Virus record (IMG/VR): IMGVR_UViG_3300027844_001828 | Span: 124,001-188,000 of that record | Direction: 5' to 3' (one strand) | DNA: 64,000 nt | Shown here: piece after piece, positions 39,576 through 47,027 of the stretch | Layout: every line of letters starts with the position of its first letter | Position numbering within the stretch: position 1 is the first letter of the stretch | Translations under genes and position numbers: made by a program | Notes under the pieces: model-generated | What the model was told of the DNA's origin: nothing | Seen by the model: the letters and a program-made list of their open reading frames with translations, nothing else | Database searches by the model: none

Positions 39576-40613
39576 GTGAAAAGAATGATAAAATTCACAG
39601 GCATTGGCGCGTTTAGAAACGTCATTAAAGCTGTTTGCCATCGTTCCGCCTATATTGGTATGGACGATCAAGGCGAGCCTATTTATGACGGGACCAGACC
39701 AAAGCCAACGATCACATTCAATGGTGCTGTTAAGCTTCATGGAACTAACGCTGGTGTTTCTTATGAGCATGCGACCGGAGAATTTTGGGCGCAATCAAGG
39801 AAAAATACCATCACTCCAGAGAAAGACAATGCGGGCTTTTCCTTCTTTGTCGAATCTCACAAGGATGTCTTTCTTGAAATGTTCAAGAGCCTCCCATGTG
39901 ACGGAATAACAACCATTTATGGAGAGTGGTGCGGCAAGGGTGTTCAAAGCACGGTTGCCATTACTGAACTTGATAAATTCTTCGTGATCATTGGTGTTAA
40001 AGAGAGTCCTCTTGAGCCAAGCGAAGATGAAGTTGCGATCTGGCTCCCTGATGATAAAACACAGCCGTTGTCTTCAAATGATGATAGGGTCTTCAACATT
40101 CTTGACTTTCCTACGTTCTCAATTGATATAGATTTCAAGAACCCTGAACTCTCAACGAACAGGATGGTTGAAATCACAGCAGCTGTCGAGGCAGAGTGTC
40201 CAGTTGCTAAGCAGCTTGGTGTTTCTGGAATTGGAGAAGGTGTTGTTTGGAAGTCTGACGTTAATGGAGAGAGATATATCTTCAAGGTTAAAGGCGACGA
40301 ACACGCTGGCAAGTCCAAGGTCAAGACGCTTAAGCCTGTTGACAATGAAAGGCTTCAAAGGATTAACGACATTGCTGAGCAAGTAACTCCAGTGTGGAGA
40401 CTCGAACAGGCTATTCAAGAGACCTTTGACACCAATAATGGTGGCGATATCGACAGAAAAGGTCTTGGAGATTTCCTCAGATGGGTTGTCAAAGACGTGC
40501 TCAAAGAAGAGATCGATGTTATTAGCGATGCTGGTTTCGAACCAAAAGACGTTAATAAGAAGATTTCTGAAGTTTGTAGAACTTGGTTCTTCGAAAGGGA
40601 AAGCCAGGTTTAA
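39576..40613 (+). CDS. RNA ligase, Rnl2 family
   Basis: Motif I VKLHGTN, IYGEWCG, IGEGVVW, FKVKG; GTG start. Confidence 0.88.
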   Translation: MKRMIKFTGIGAFRNVIKAVCHRSAYIGMDDQGEPIYDGTRPKPTITFNGAVKLHGTNAGVSYEHATGEFWAQSRKNTITPEKDNAGFSFFVESHKDVFLEMFKSLPCDGITTIYGEWCGKGVQSTVAITELDKFFVIIGVKESPLEPSEDEVAIWLPDDKTQPLSSNDDRVFNILDFPTFSIDIDFKNPELSTNRMVEITAAVEAECPVAKQLGVSGIGEGVVWKSDVNGERYIFKVKGDEHAGKSKVKTLKPVDNERLQRINDIAEQVTPVWRLEQAIQETFDTNNGGDIDRKGLGDFLRWVVKDVLKEEIDVISDAGFEPKDVNKKISEVCRTWFFERESQV

Positions 40614-40624
40614 CAATCATAGCC

Positions 40625-40700
40625 GGGGGACATCCGTCCCCCGATGCCTTAACTACCCCCCCCCATCGCACAGTTGGATGGGGTGTTGGTTATTTTATTT
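40625..40700 (+). terminator. two GC hairpins after the RNA ligase gene; probable terminator
   Basis: GGGGGAC-ATCC-GTCCCCC and CCCCATC...GATGGGG followed by T-rich tract. Confidence 0.45.
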
Positions 40701-41033
40701 TACAACTGTACTTAAAAGTAAGAAGGGAATTAATAACGATTTCAAAGTTGATAAGTTTGCCATAAACCTTATTGGCCATGGGTCAATAGTCGCTGGCAAT
40801 TCAGTTGATGATTTGAAAGGGATTGAATTTGTTCGTAGACCATCACCAGAATTGTTGGATAATTAAGCATGTTTTATGCAGCCTGGATGAAAAGTTTAAG
40901 ATGGTATAATAATATTGATGTTTCCCATTTCAATAATAATATTTGGGATAACAGAAACCTTTAACCAATGGAATCATTTCGGGTTAGCACTTATTGCAAT
41001 CGGATTTATTTTCATGAAAATACTGAGTGGATC

Positions 41034-41444
41034 ATGAAGGAAATTATAAAGTCAAAAGTTACGGGACATGATATGACTTCCGTTCATCTTGAAGGAAGAA
41101 AGATTAGTATCGATGTCAAGATCGTATCATTGGTCAAATTGATCGATGGATTAGAAGGTGCGGAGGTAACATCCTCGTGTCACGGTGATGCAGAGAGATC
41201 GCCATACATAAATTGGGTGTTGTATGACGAAGATGAGAACTCACAAGTAGACGACCTTATTGCTGTAATACATGGGTTCAAGCATGAGGTAGATGTTGAA
41301 TTTAACATGAGTATCATGCTCAAAGAGGGACACAGCGACATGTTGTTCACATTGACTTTTTTCGGCGGACAACCTCAAATGTTGCAGTTTTCTAGGTATG
41401 CTAAGAAAAAACTCAAAAAGAGGGTTGATATTCCGAAAAGGTGA
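41034..41444 (+). CDS. hypothetical protein
   Basis: ORF track (internal ATG 41034 likely start); TSSCHG motif. Confidence 0.6.
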   Translation: MKEIIKSKVTGHDMTSVHLEGRKISIDVKIVSLVKLIDGLEGAEVTSSCHGDAERSPYINWVLYDEDENSQVDDLIAVIHGFKHEVDVEFNMSIMLKEGHSDMLFTLTFFGGQPQMLQFSRYAKKKLKKRVDIPKR

Positions 41445-41538
41445 ACTATGATAAGGTGTGTTTGAAACCATTACAATTAAATAGTAAACTACTTATTAAT
41501 AATTTCAATCTTTATTCTCACATGCGGCTGTAAGAGCT

Positions 41539-41808
41539 TTGAGCCTGTTCAACAGGTGTGGGATATACTTACAGAGTCTGAGAAGTGATGGTTATGAGTG
41601 TGACATTATGGTTGTCAACTCATACTCTCCTAAACATTTGGTGATTGACAATTACAGAGTCCTTCATACTGTTGTACGAGTAGTAGTTGATGGTCAATAC
41701 CGTTACATTGACCCCGCAAATTTCAAGTGGTCGGAAAACTTAAATGAATCCGCCGCATTTGTCAGAGTCGTTTCCGAAGAAGACCTATTAAGAAAAAATT
41801 TTCAATAA
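41539..41808 (+). CDS. hypothetical protein, start uncertain (possibly frameshifted)
   Basis: ORF track, TTG start; a lipoprotein-like LTCGC segment lies in another frame just upstream. Confidence 0.4.
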   Translation: MSLFNRCGIYLQSLRSDGYECDIMVVNSYSPKHLVIDNYRVLHTVVRVVVDGQYRYIDPANFKWSENLNESAAFVRVVSEEDLLRKNFQ

Positions 41809-41813
41809 TTTTA

Positions 41814-41977
41814 AACAAGGCCGGTTGGCTTAGAAGCAGCCATCCCTTAATGAGTGACAAGTGAGATGTTAAGGCTGACTAAGACGTATTCGTGAAAGGC
41901 CGATGCTCACGTTGGAGAAAGTTGATTGCGCAGTCAACCAGTATCTTGAAGTCTTTGGCGTAACAGCACACCTTGTT
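41814..41977 (+). ncRNA. candidate structured RNA mimicking 23S rRNA H43-H44 (uL11/thiostrepton-binding GTPase-associated centre) with a 102-nt insert
   Basis: GGTTGGCTTAGAAGCAGCCATC (41823-41844) and GCGTAACAGCACA (41958-41970) match 23S 1058-1079 and 1091-1103; closed by perfect 7-bp helix AACAAGG/CCTTGTT; intergenic. Confidence 0.75.
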
Positions 41978-42003
41978 CCTTTTAATCTTAACAGAGAAGA
42001 GCG

Positions 42004-42306
42004 ATGAATAACGAATATAAGAAAAAAGATTTTGAACACATGGCCAACAAACGGCGCAATGCCTTGAGTGTTATTGCAGACAAACTCGGCAAAGAACATA
42101 CCATTACCAAAATGATGGGTGGTATGGCTTGGGGGCGAAATAATCCAGAGCCACATCCTGGATATGGGGCAAAGGACGCCATAAGAGGAATGGGGTATCT
42201 TGATGGTTCATTTCATATCTTGAATATTTGGGCGCGTGACAATGATCGCACGGCACAAAAAATCATGCTCGCTATTTACCCTATGAAATGGGAGTCTGCG
42301 AAATGA
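42004..42306 (+). CDS. hypothetical protein
   Basis: ORF track; chain of ATGA-overlapping genes. Confidence 0.65.
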   Translation: MNNEYKKKDFEHMANKRRNALSVIADKLGKEHTITKMMGGMAWGRNNPEPHPGYGAKDAIRGMGYLDGSFHILNIWARDNDRTAQKIMLAIYPMKWESAK

Positions 42307-42698
42307 GCGTCAAAGATTTAGTATATCACAAATTTAATAAGCGGTTCCCAAAAAAATTGTTAGAAGTTAAGTATGTGGACCTCACTCTTACAAAATCTTT
42401 TGGAAGAGGCAACGCAAGACATACCGACTCGCGCAGGAGTGGGACTTGGAAAGAAACACATGGTTGGAAATATAGGTTACCATACAATGTAGAGTCAGTT
42501 TCGGAGAAGTGGTATATCAAAAGATATATTTCCAGGAAGGTTCTTGGATTTGAATTCGTTTACAAGGAAGCGGTTGCCGAAGTCCATTTTGAAGAAATAA
42601 ACAATCACGCTTGTTTTGGTGATACTTGGCCGCAAAGAGTTTGGGACGTTTGGGAAAAACATAATTTGGTAAATCAACCAACTGGAGATACTAAATGA
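42303..42698 (+). CDS. hypothetical protein
   Basis: ATG 42303 overlapping the upstream stop. Confidence 0.65.
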   Translation: MSVKDLVYHKFNKRFPKKLLEVKYVDLTLTKSFGRGNARHTDSRRSGTWKETHGWKYRLPYNVESVSEKWYIKRYISRKVLGFEFVYKEAVAEVHFEEINNHACFGDTWPQRVWDVWEKHNLVNQPTGDTK

Positions 42699-43054
42699 AA
42701 AATCTTGATAAAATATTCTCGGAGGAAGATATCACTCTTCTCATTGAATATGCAGATGGGAGAAAGCATGATAATTTTGAATACGAAATAGAGACTTTTG
42801 ATCATGAAAATATAGGTAGGACTATGCTTCACATGAAAAACGGTCTTTGTGAACAGAGGCTTATCGCTCGTTTTCACTATCCTAAAAACGAGGGTTCTGA
42901 TGATGGTTATGGGTATCCAGAAATGATGTTGGTAATAGGTAATGATGGCGATGTTTCCTTTCAAAATTTGGGGAACTGTCGTTTCCGTCTCCACGAACCT
43001 CTCAAGGCTTATGAATTGATGTTGAGACGATTAAGACCAGAACTTTTTGAATAG
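42695..43054 (+). CDS. hypothetical protein
   Basis: ATGA overlap; ends just before the ncRNA promoter. Confidence 0.65.
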   Translation: MKNLDKIFSEEDITLLIEYADGRKHDNFEYEIETFDHENIGRTMLHMKNGLCEQRLIARFHYPKNEGSDDGYGYPEMMLVIGNDGDVSFQNLGNCRFRLHEPLKAYELMLRRLRPELFE

Positions 43055-43057
43055 GAC

Positions 43058-43086
43058 TTGACACAGGGTAAAGACTGTGTTATGTT
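43058..43086 (+). promoter_or_regulatory. promoter of ROOL-like RNA (TTGACA-N17-TATGTT, extended TG)
   Basis: Consensus -35; no downstream ORF, so it drives an RNA. Confidence 0.75.
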
Positions 43087-43091
43087 GTATC

Positions 43092-43722
43092 ATGTTAGAG
43101 ACAATTGAATATCGAAAGTTTGATGGCGTGGAGACAGGATTATGGGTAACCGTAGAATTGATGTTAACGTAGCGCCAGCAGTGGAGTGGAGACGTACCAC
43201 TATGGAGTGGAATTCATAGAAGCTGTGAGGGACACATAATAAGACTTTTAAAGAGGCTTGAGGATTAGGGCGTAACCCACTCAAGTAACTATGTAGCCCT
43301 CTCGTTTTGCCGGTCAGAAGCGATAGTGTAGACCGGTGAAAGCTGGCATTTATGCCTAAATAAATAGGGAGACCGTCTACCCGAATAAAGTCGGCACTCA
43401 GTTCCCCAGAGTTAATGGGGACGGGATTTTGGAAGCCTCCCCAGATTGGCTCTACGTTTTGCATTGTTCGGAAATTCAATGTCGTAGCTGCGCACTACGT
43501 TAGGTGGCTCCAATGCGCAATTTTTATTTTGATGCTGTGAACGTAATTAATGCGAACAAGGGAGTTGGTGTCAGGGAGCGAGGGTAACGGAATGAGTACC
43601 GGTGAACCTAGCGGATGGGGATACTTGATCAGCATCTTTGATTAACCGGATGGCGCTATCCTTAAAGTGTCGGAAAACACTATCCTTAAGTGTGGGCAGA
43701 ATATTCTTTAGGCCCTAAACTA
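43092..43722 (+). ncRNA. large structured ncRNA, ROOL-like (~630 nt)
   Basis: No coding frame; many hairpins (TTGAG..GGG-CGTAA-CCC..CTCAA, CCGGTC..GACCGG, CCCCA..TGGGG, CGTAG..CTACG, GTGT-CGGAAA-ACAC); 5' ACAATTGAATA...ATGGCGTGGAGACAGGATTATG and 3' AAAGTGTCGGAAA resemble ROOL segments as I recall them; identity needs a covariance-model search. Confidence 0.65.
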
Positions 43723-43954
43723 AAAGATTATCGACATCGGATACAGATGGGGCCTGGGGCGGCATTGAGGCTTCCTTGATAATACATATATCAAGTAAAT
43801 AAAATGTGTCGTCATGGCGTATCGCGTTAGGATAGTTTCCATACGCCTTAATTTTAGGATCTAAAGCGCCAGCAAATGTCCACCTCCATACGGGGGGTGG
43901 ACAGCGCTGGTGAGGAAATTTTGTGAAAGTTTTGAAATTTTTTCTCAAAGCGGC

Positions 43955-43982
43955 TTGCAAAACGGAAAAGTCACGGTATAAT
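43955..43982 (+). promoter_or_regulatory. promoter of GOLLD-like RNA (TTGCAA-N16-TATAAT)
   Basis: Consensus -10; followed by ~950 nt non-coding DNA and a terminator. Confidence 0.75.
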
Positions 43983-43989
43983 AAGAAGC

Positions 43990-44930
43990 ATGTTGGAAGT
44001 GGTTAACGCCGCATCTAACAGAAAGTAAAAACTGAATATTTAATTTAAGGGCAGTATGATGTCCTCCTGTTCCCTTCGGGTAACAGGTTAAGATAAGCCA
44101 TGGAAACATGGTGAAATGGGGGACCCGCTACGGGCCTCGCCAAACTCTTCGGAGAGTGGTCAGTTATGCAAACCAAGCTTCTGTGAATTTCCCTCTTGGG
44201 GAGTTATACTTGAAGGTGGAGATTAAATGAATGTGGTGGCCAACGGTGGCTATGTTCTACTAACGTTAGCGACGAGAACTTATCTTATGCCAAACATCGA
44301 AAGTTAAGAAGCAAAGGGTAGTTGTGTTGTCTGAGTTTGCAGACAAAGGCTTCACAGCAGATTGTTGGGTAACAGGAAACCATTTAACAATGGGGGACCT
44401 GAAGTCCTGTAAATCCGTCTGGTAGCCCGCAAGGCCAAAGATATGAGGTGTGTGGCATTCTACTTCTCAAAAGGAAGCGGAACCATCGAGAGCGCACATC
44501 TTGGTAGATTTATCTGTAGCTCAATAGCAGAGCTATTCCCTCATACGGAATCGGTTTTGGTGCAACTCCAAACGGATATTTTTTAACGAAAATAAAAAAA
44601 CGCAAAGACGCTCTCGGTAGTAGGTGAAAATGGCCTAATTCCAAATCCTTCGGGTAATTTGGAGACGTGAAGCTCGCAAGGCAGATCGTTTTAGGACAAG
44701 TTAAAATTTAGTGGATTAGCGTTCACGAACTGTTCATAAGGCAGGAATGGAAACGAGTTCTGATTAGCTTACTATGACGGCGCAGTCGCAGGCGCTTAAT
44801 AAAATTGCGGTCATGATCGATGTCTGGTGTCCAGCTTGCTGGCCCAGAAGGAAATTAGGGCAAGGCACGTCGCAAGCGTACTGTAATCCTGAAGAGTCGA
44901 TTATTGAAGGTGTATTTCTCAACCTTTTAA
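43990..44930 (+). ncRNA. large structured ncRNA, GOLLD-like (~940 nt)
   Basis: Bracketed by promoter and terminator; UUCG and GNRA hairpins (CCTGTT-CCC-TTCG-GGT-AACAGG, CCATG-GAAA-CATGG, CTC-TTCG-GAG, GCCC-GCAA-GGC, ATCC-TTCG-GGT); motifs GGGTAGTTGTGTTG, GTGTGTGGCATT..CTCAAAAGG, CGCAAAGAC, TTAGTGGAT, CGCAAG as recalled for GOLLD. Confidence 0.75.
44510..44580 (+). tRNA. tRNA-Met(CAT)-like element embedded in the GOLLD-like RNA
   Basis: Acceptor TTATCTG/CGGATAT (1-72 mismatch), D arm GCTC-AATAGCA-GAGC, anticodon arm ATTCC-CTCATAC-GGAAT, T arm TTTGG-TGCAACT-CCAAA; no encoded CCA; atypical T loop. Confidence 0.7.
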
Positions 44931-44935
44931 TTTTT

Positions 44936-44970
44936 TGTCAGGTGACTTCGGTCGTCTGGCATTTTTTTTT
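44936..44970 (+). terminator. intrinsic terminator of GOLLD-like RNA
   Basis: TGTCAGGTGAC-TTCG-GTCGTCTGGCA followed by T9. Confidence 0.88.
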
Positions 44971-45079
44971 GCCTATATAACATAAGGAATATGAATAATG
45001 GAGGATACAGTAAAATAATTTTTCGATGAGTTTATTAAAAAGTTCGATCTAAAAGAGTTGATCATTGATACGTTCTATC

Positions 45080-45745
45080 TTAATCGTTCCAATAATCTTT
45101 CTCGTCATCGTCGTTATCCTCAAAGGCGTGAGGGCTTACTTCCCCATCCCATTCATAATCGATATTGAAATCTTCTTGAAGCATTTCAAAGTTGTTCAAA
45201 TCATTATCTATAAGTGAATGTCCTTGACCGTGTCCAAAGACAACCTCTTGGACTCTACCTTTTGGCATTTCAACGCCAAAATATTCAATGCCATTTGGAA
45301 TTACTCCATAAACTGGTTGGTCATTTGTTAAGTGTGAGGGAGTTATATCTATAACCTTTCCATTTAATGAATTCCACCCGTGATTCCTGAAAAATGTTCC
45401 GGCATATCCTTCAACATATTTGAAGTCATTGTCATGTAACATTAATAATTGAGAAGAGTAGAAACACTCTTTGACTTCCCCGCGTTTAAAAATACTATAA
45501 AGGCTTTCAATTTTTTCCTGTTCTTCAGGGGTCAATTCAGCAGACTCATACAGTTTGCCATGGGTCAAATAGAAATATGGCATCGTAGGATAATGAAAAT
45601 CGCTTGTTTGAGAATTCATTCCTACTTGCATAATGTGTTGCATAGCCAGAGCAGTCATAATCTGGCTGTGTGAAAACTGATTTTTCCAGGCCAATAATTC
45701 AGGCGTTATGTTCTCGATCCAATTTGATTTTTTGTACCAATTCAT
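45080..45745 (-). CDS. hypothetical protein with MNWYKKS N-terminus
   Basis: GGAG RBS before ATG 45745; GYA...HGWNS..G..ID segment. Confidence 0.7.
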   Translation of the reverse strand: MNWYKKSNWIENITPELLAWKNQFSHSQIMTALAMQHIMQVGMNSQTSDFHYPTMPYFYLTHGKLYESAELTPEEQEKIESLYSIFKRGEVKECFYSSQLLMLHDNDFKYVEGYAGTFFRNHGWNSLNGKVIDITPSHLTNDQPVYGVIPNGIEYFGVEMPKGRVQEVVFGHGQGHSLIDNDLNNFEMLQEDFNIDYEWDGEVSPHAFEDNDDDEKDYWND

Positions 45746-45858
45746 AGGGTCTCCAATTCCACTTATTATTCTTAACATACACAGAAAAACCCTTCCGGCA
45801 AAGCTTACTATATGGTCATGTGGCAGTATAGTATTACATGTAACAGGAGTAATGTCTT

Positions 45859-46218
45859 ATGGGAATTGAATATAAGAGGTATTTACTCTTTGACCATCGT
45901 GCTGTAAAGTACTTAAACGAAATACTTTCTAAAACAGAGGCTAATATCGTAATAAGTTCGTCTTGGAGAAAAATCCATACTTTAGATGAAATTAGAGAGC
46001 AATTTAAGTCTCAGGGTATAATTGATGTCGATAGAGTCGTCAGTATGACAGGTGGGTCAAAAGACGGGATAAGAGGCGGAGAGATTCAAACCTGGATTGA
46101 CAATAACCCATGTGGTAATTTTGTAATAATAGATGATGACTCAGACATGATTCATCTCATGGACCATCTCGTTTTAACAAGAAACGCGACCGGCTTATCT
46201 TATCGAAACAAACTTTAA
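45859..46218 (+). pseudogene. HAD-domain (RNA-repair 'Swiss army knife'-like) protein lacking N-terminal DxD motif
   Basis: IVISSSWR, RGGEIQTWI, FVIIDDDSDM present; motif I absent. Confidence 0.5.
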
Positions 46219-46247
46219 ATTATAAGAAGATTGAAAAGGAGTTAAAA

Positions 46248-46502
46248 ATGGCGGCGACTAAAGAAAATATCAAGAAATGGATCGTCGATTCAAGCGACAG
46301 AAAAATGGATTATATGATCGTCGTTTGTGATCAATATGATTACGAAAATTTCCCAGTTTTTGTAACTTCTGAAAATCTTCACAAAGAAGCTAAAAGATAT
46401 GGGAGAGATATGCATAAGGTCATGGAGATCTATGATTTGAATGGCGACATTGAGGCCCAATTAGATATGCATAGAGCTTTTCCGCCAGGATTCCCACTTT
46501 AG
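46248..46502 (+). CDS. hypothetical phage protein
   Basis: AAGGAG RBS; YMIVVCDQYDYENFPVFV. Confidence 0.7.
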   Translation: MAATKENIKKWIVDSSDRKMDYMIVVCDQYDYENFPVFVTSENLHKEAKRYGRDMHKVMEIYDLNGDIEAQLDMHRAFPPGFPL

Positions 46503-46782
46503 CTTCCCGAACACATAGTATTAAGGAGAATAGTATGCTTACGGGATGCCGTGTATATGTTGGAAATAAATATGACGAAGGCTGCTGTGACTTTTGCTCA
46601 GATATCGATTCCAGCGGACGTTGACGATTGGATTGACTCTTTGTTGGAGGAAGCCTTGTCGGATAAAGATTTGTTGCCACAGGCCGCAATCGATCAGAAA
46701 AAGCACGATGCGAAGCAATTTCGTTAATTAAAATAACGTTGTATAATAGACAGTCAGACAACAGAAAAGTTTGCAACATCGC

Positions 46783-46810
46783 TTGCATTGTTCCGAACCG
46801 ATGCTATAGT
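46783..46810 (+). promoter_or_regulatory. sigma70-like promoter (TTGCAT-N16-TATAGT)
   Basis: Direct reading; upstream of a ~210-nt leader. Confidence 0.6.
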
Positions 46811-46824
46811 ATAGATGTTTGGTG

Positions 46825-46946
46825 TTAAGAAAGGCTATGATGGTTCTTCCTTCTAAAAAGATAATGGATAAACCAGAGTCATCAATTACCTTCTTTTTTT
46901 ACATTTCAATTTTGGAGGGCATGAAAATTTTCTCTTCCTTCTAAAA
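46825..46946 (+). repeat. leader with two exact 14-nt repeats TCTTCCTTCTAAAA
   Basis: Copies at 46845-46858 and 46933-46946, each preceded by a complementary purine tract. Confidence 0.75.
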
Positions 46947-47027
46947 CTTCATTTAATAAGAAAACTTAGAGATTTCACTTCCCTCCGATTTATTTCATAG
47001 ACAAACAAAGCAACATAAGGATACACT

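Noticed and set aside
41814-41977. Genuine 23S rRNA gene fragment or chimeric contamination
   Set aside because: Similarity limited to ~50 nt in two blocks, interrupted by a structured insert, closed by a non-rRNA helix and flanked by phage ORFs
43090-44930. tmRNA, RNase P RNA or group I/II intron as identity of the large RNAs
   Set aside because: No tmRNA tRNA-like ends or tag ORF, no RNase P P4 consensus, no host gene interrupted and no intron-encoded protein
43090-44980. ORF-track calls 43090..43479(-), 43715..43960(-), 44774..44980(+)
   Set aside because: No RBS or recognisable domains; they overlap promoter/terminator-bounded, hairpin-rich RNA on the + strand
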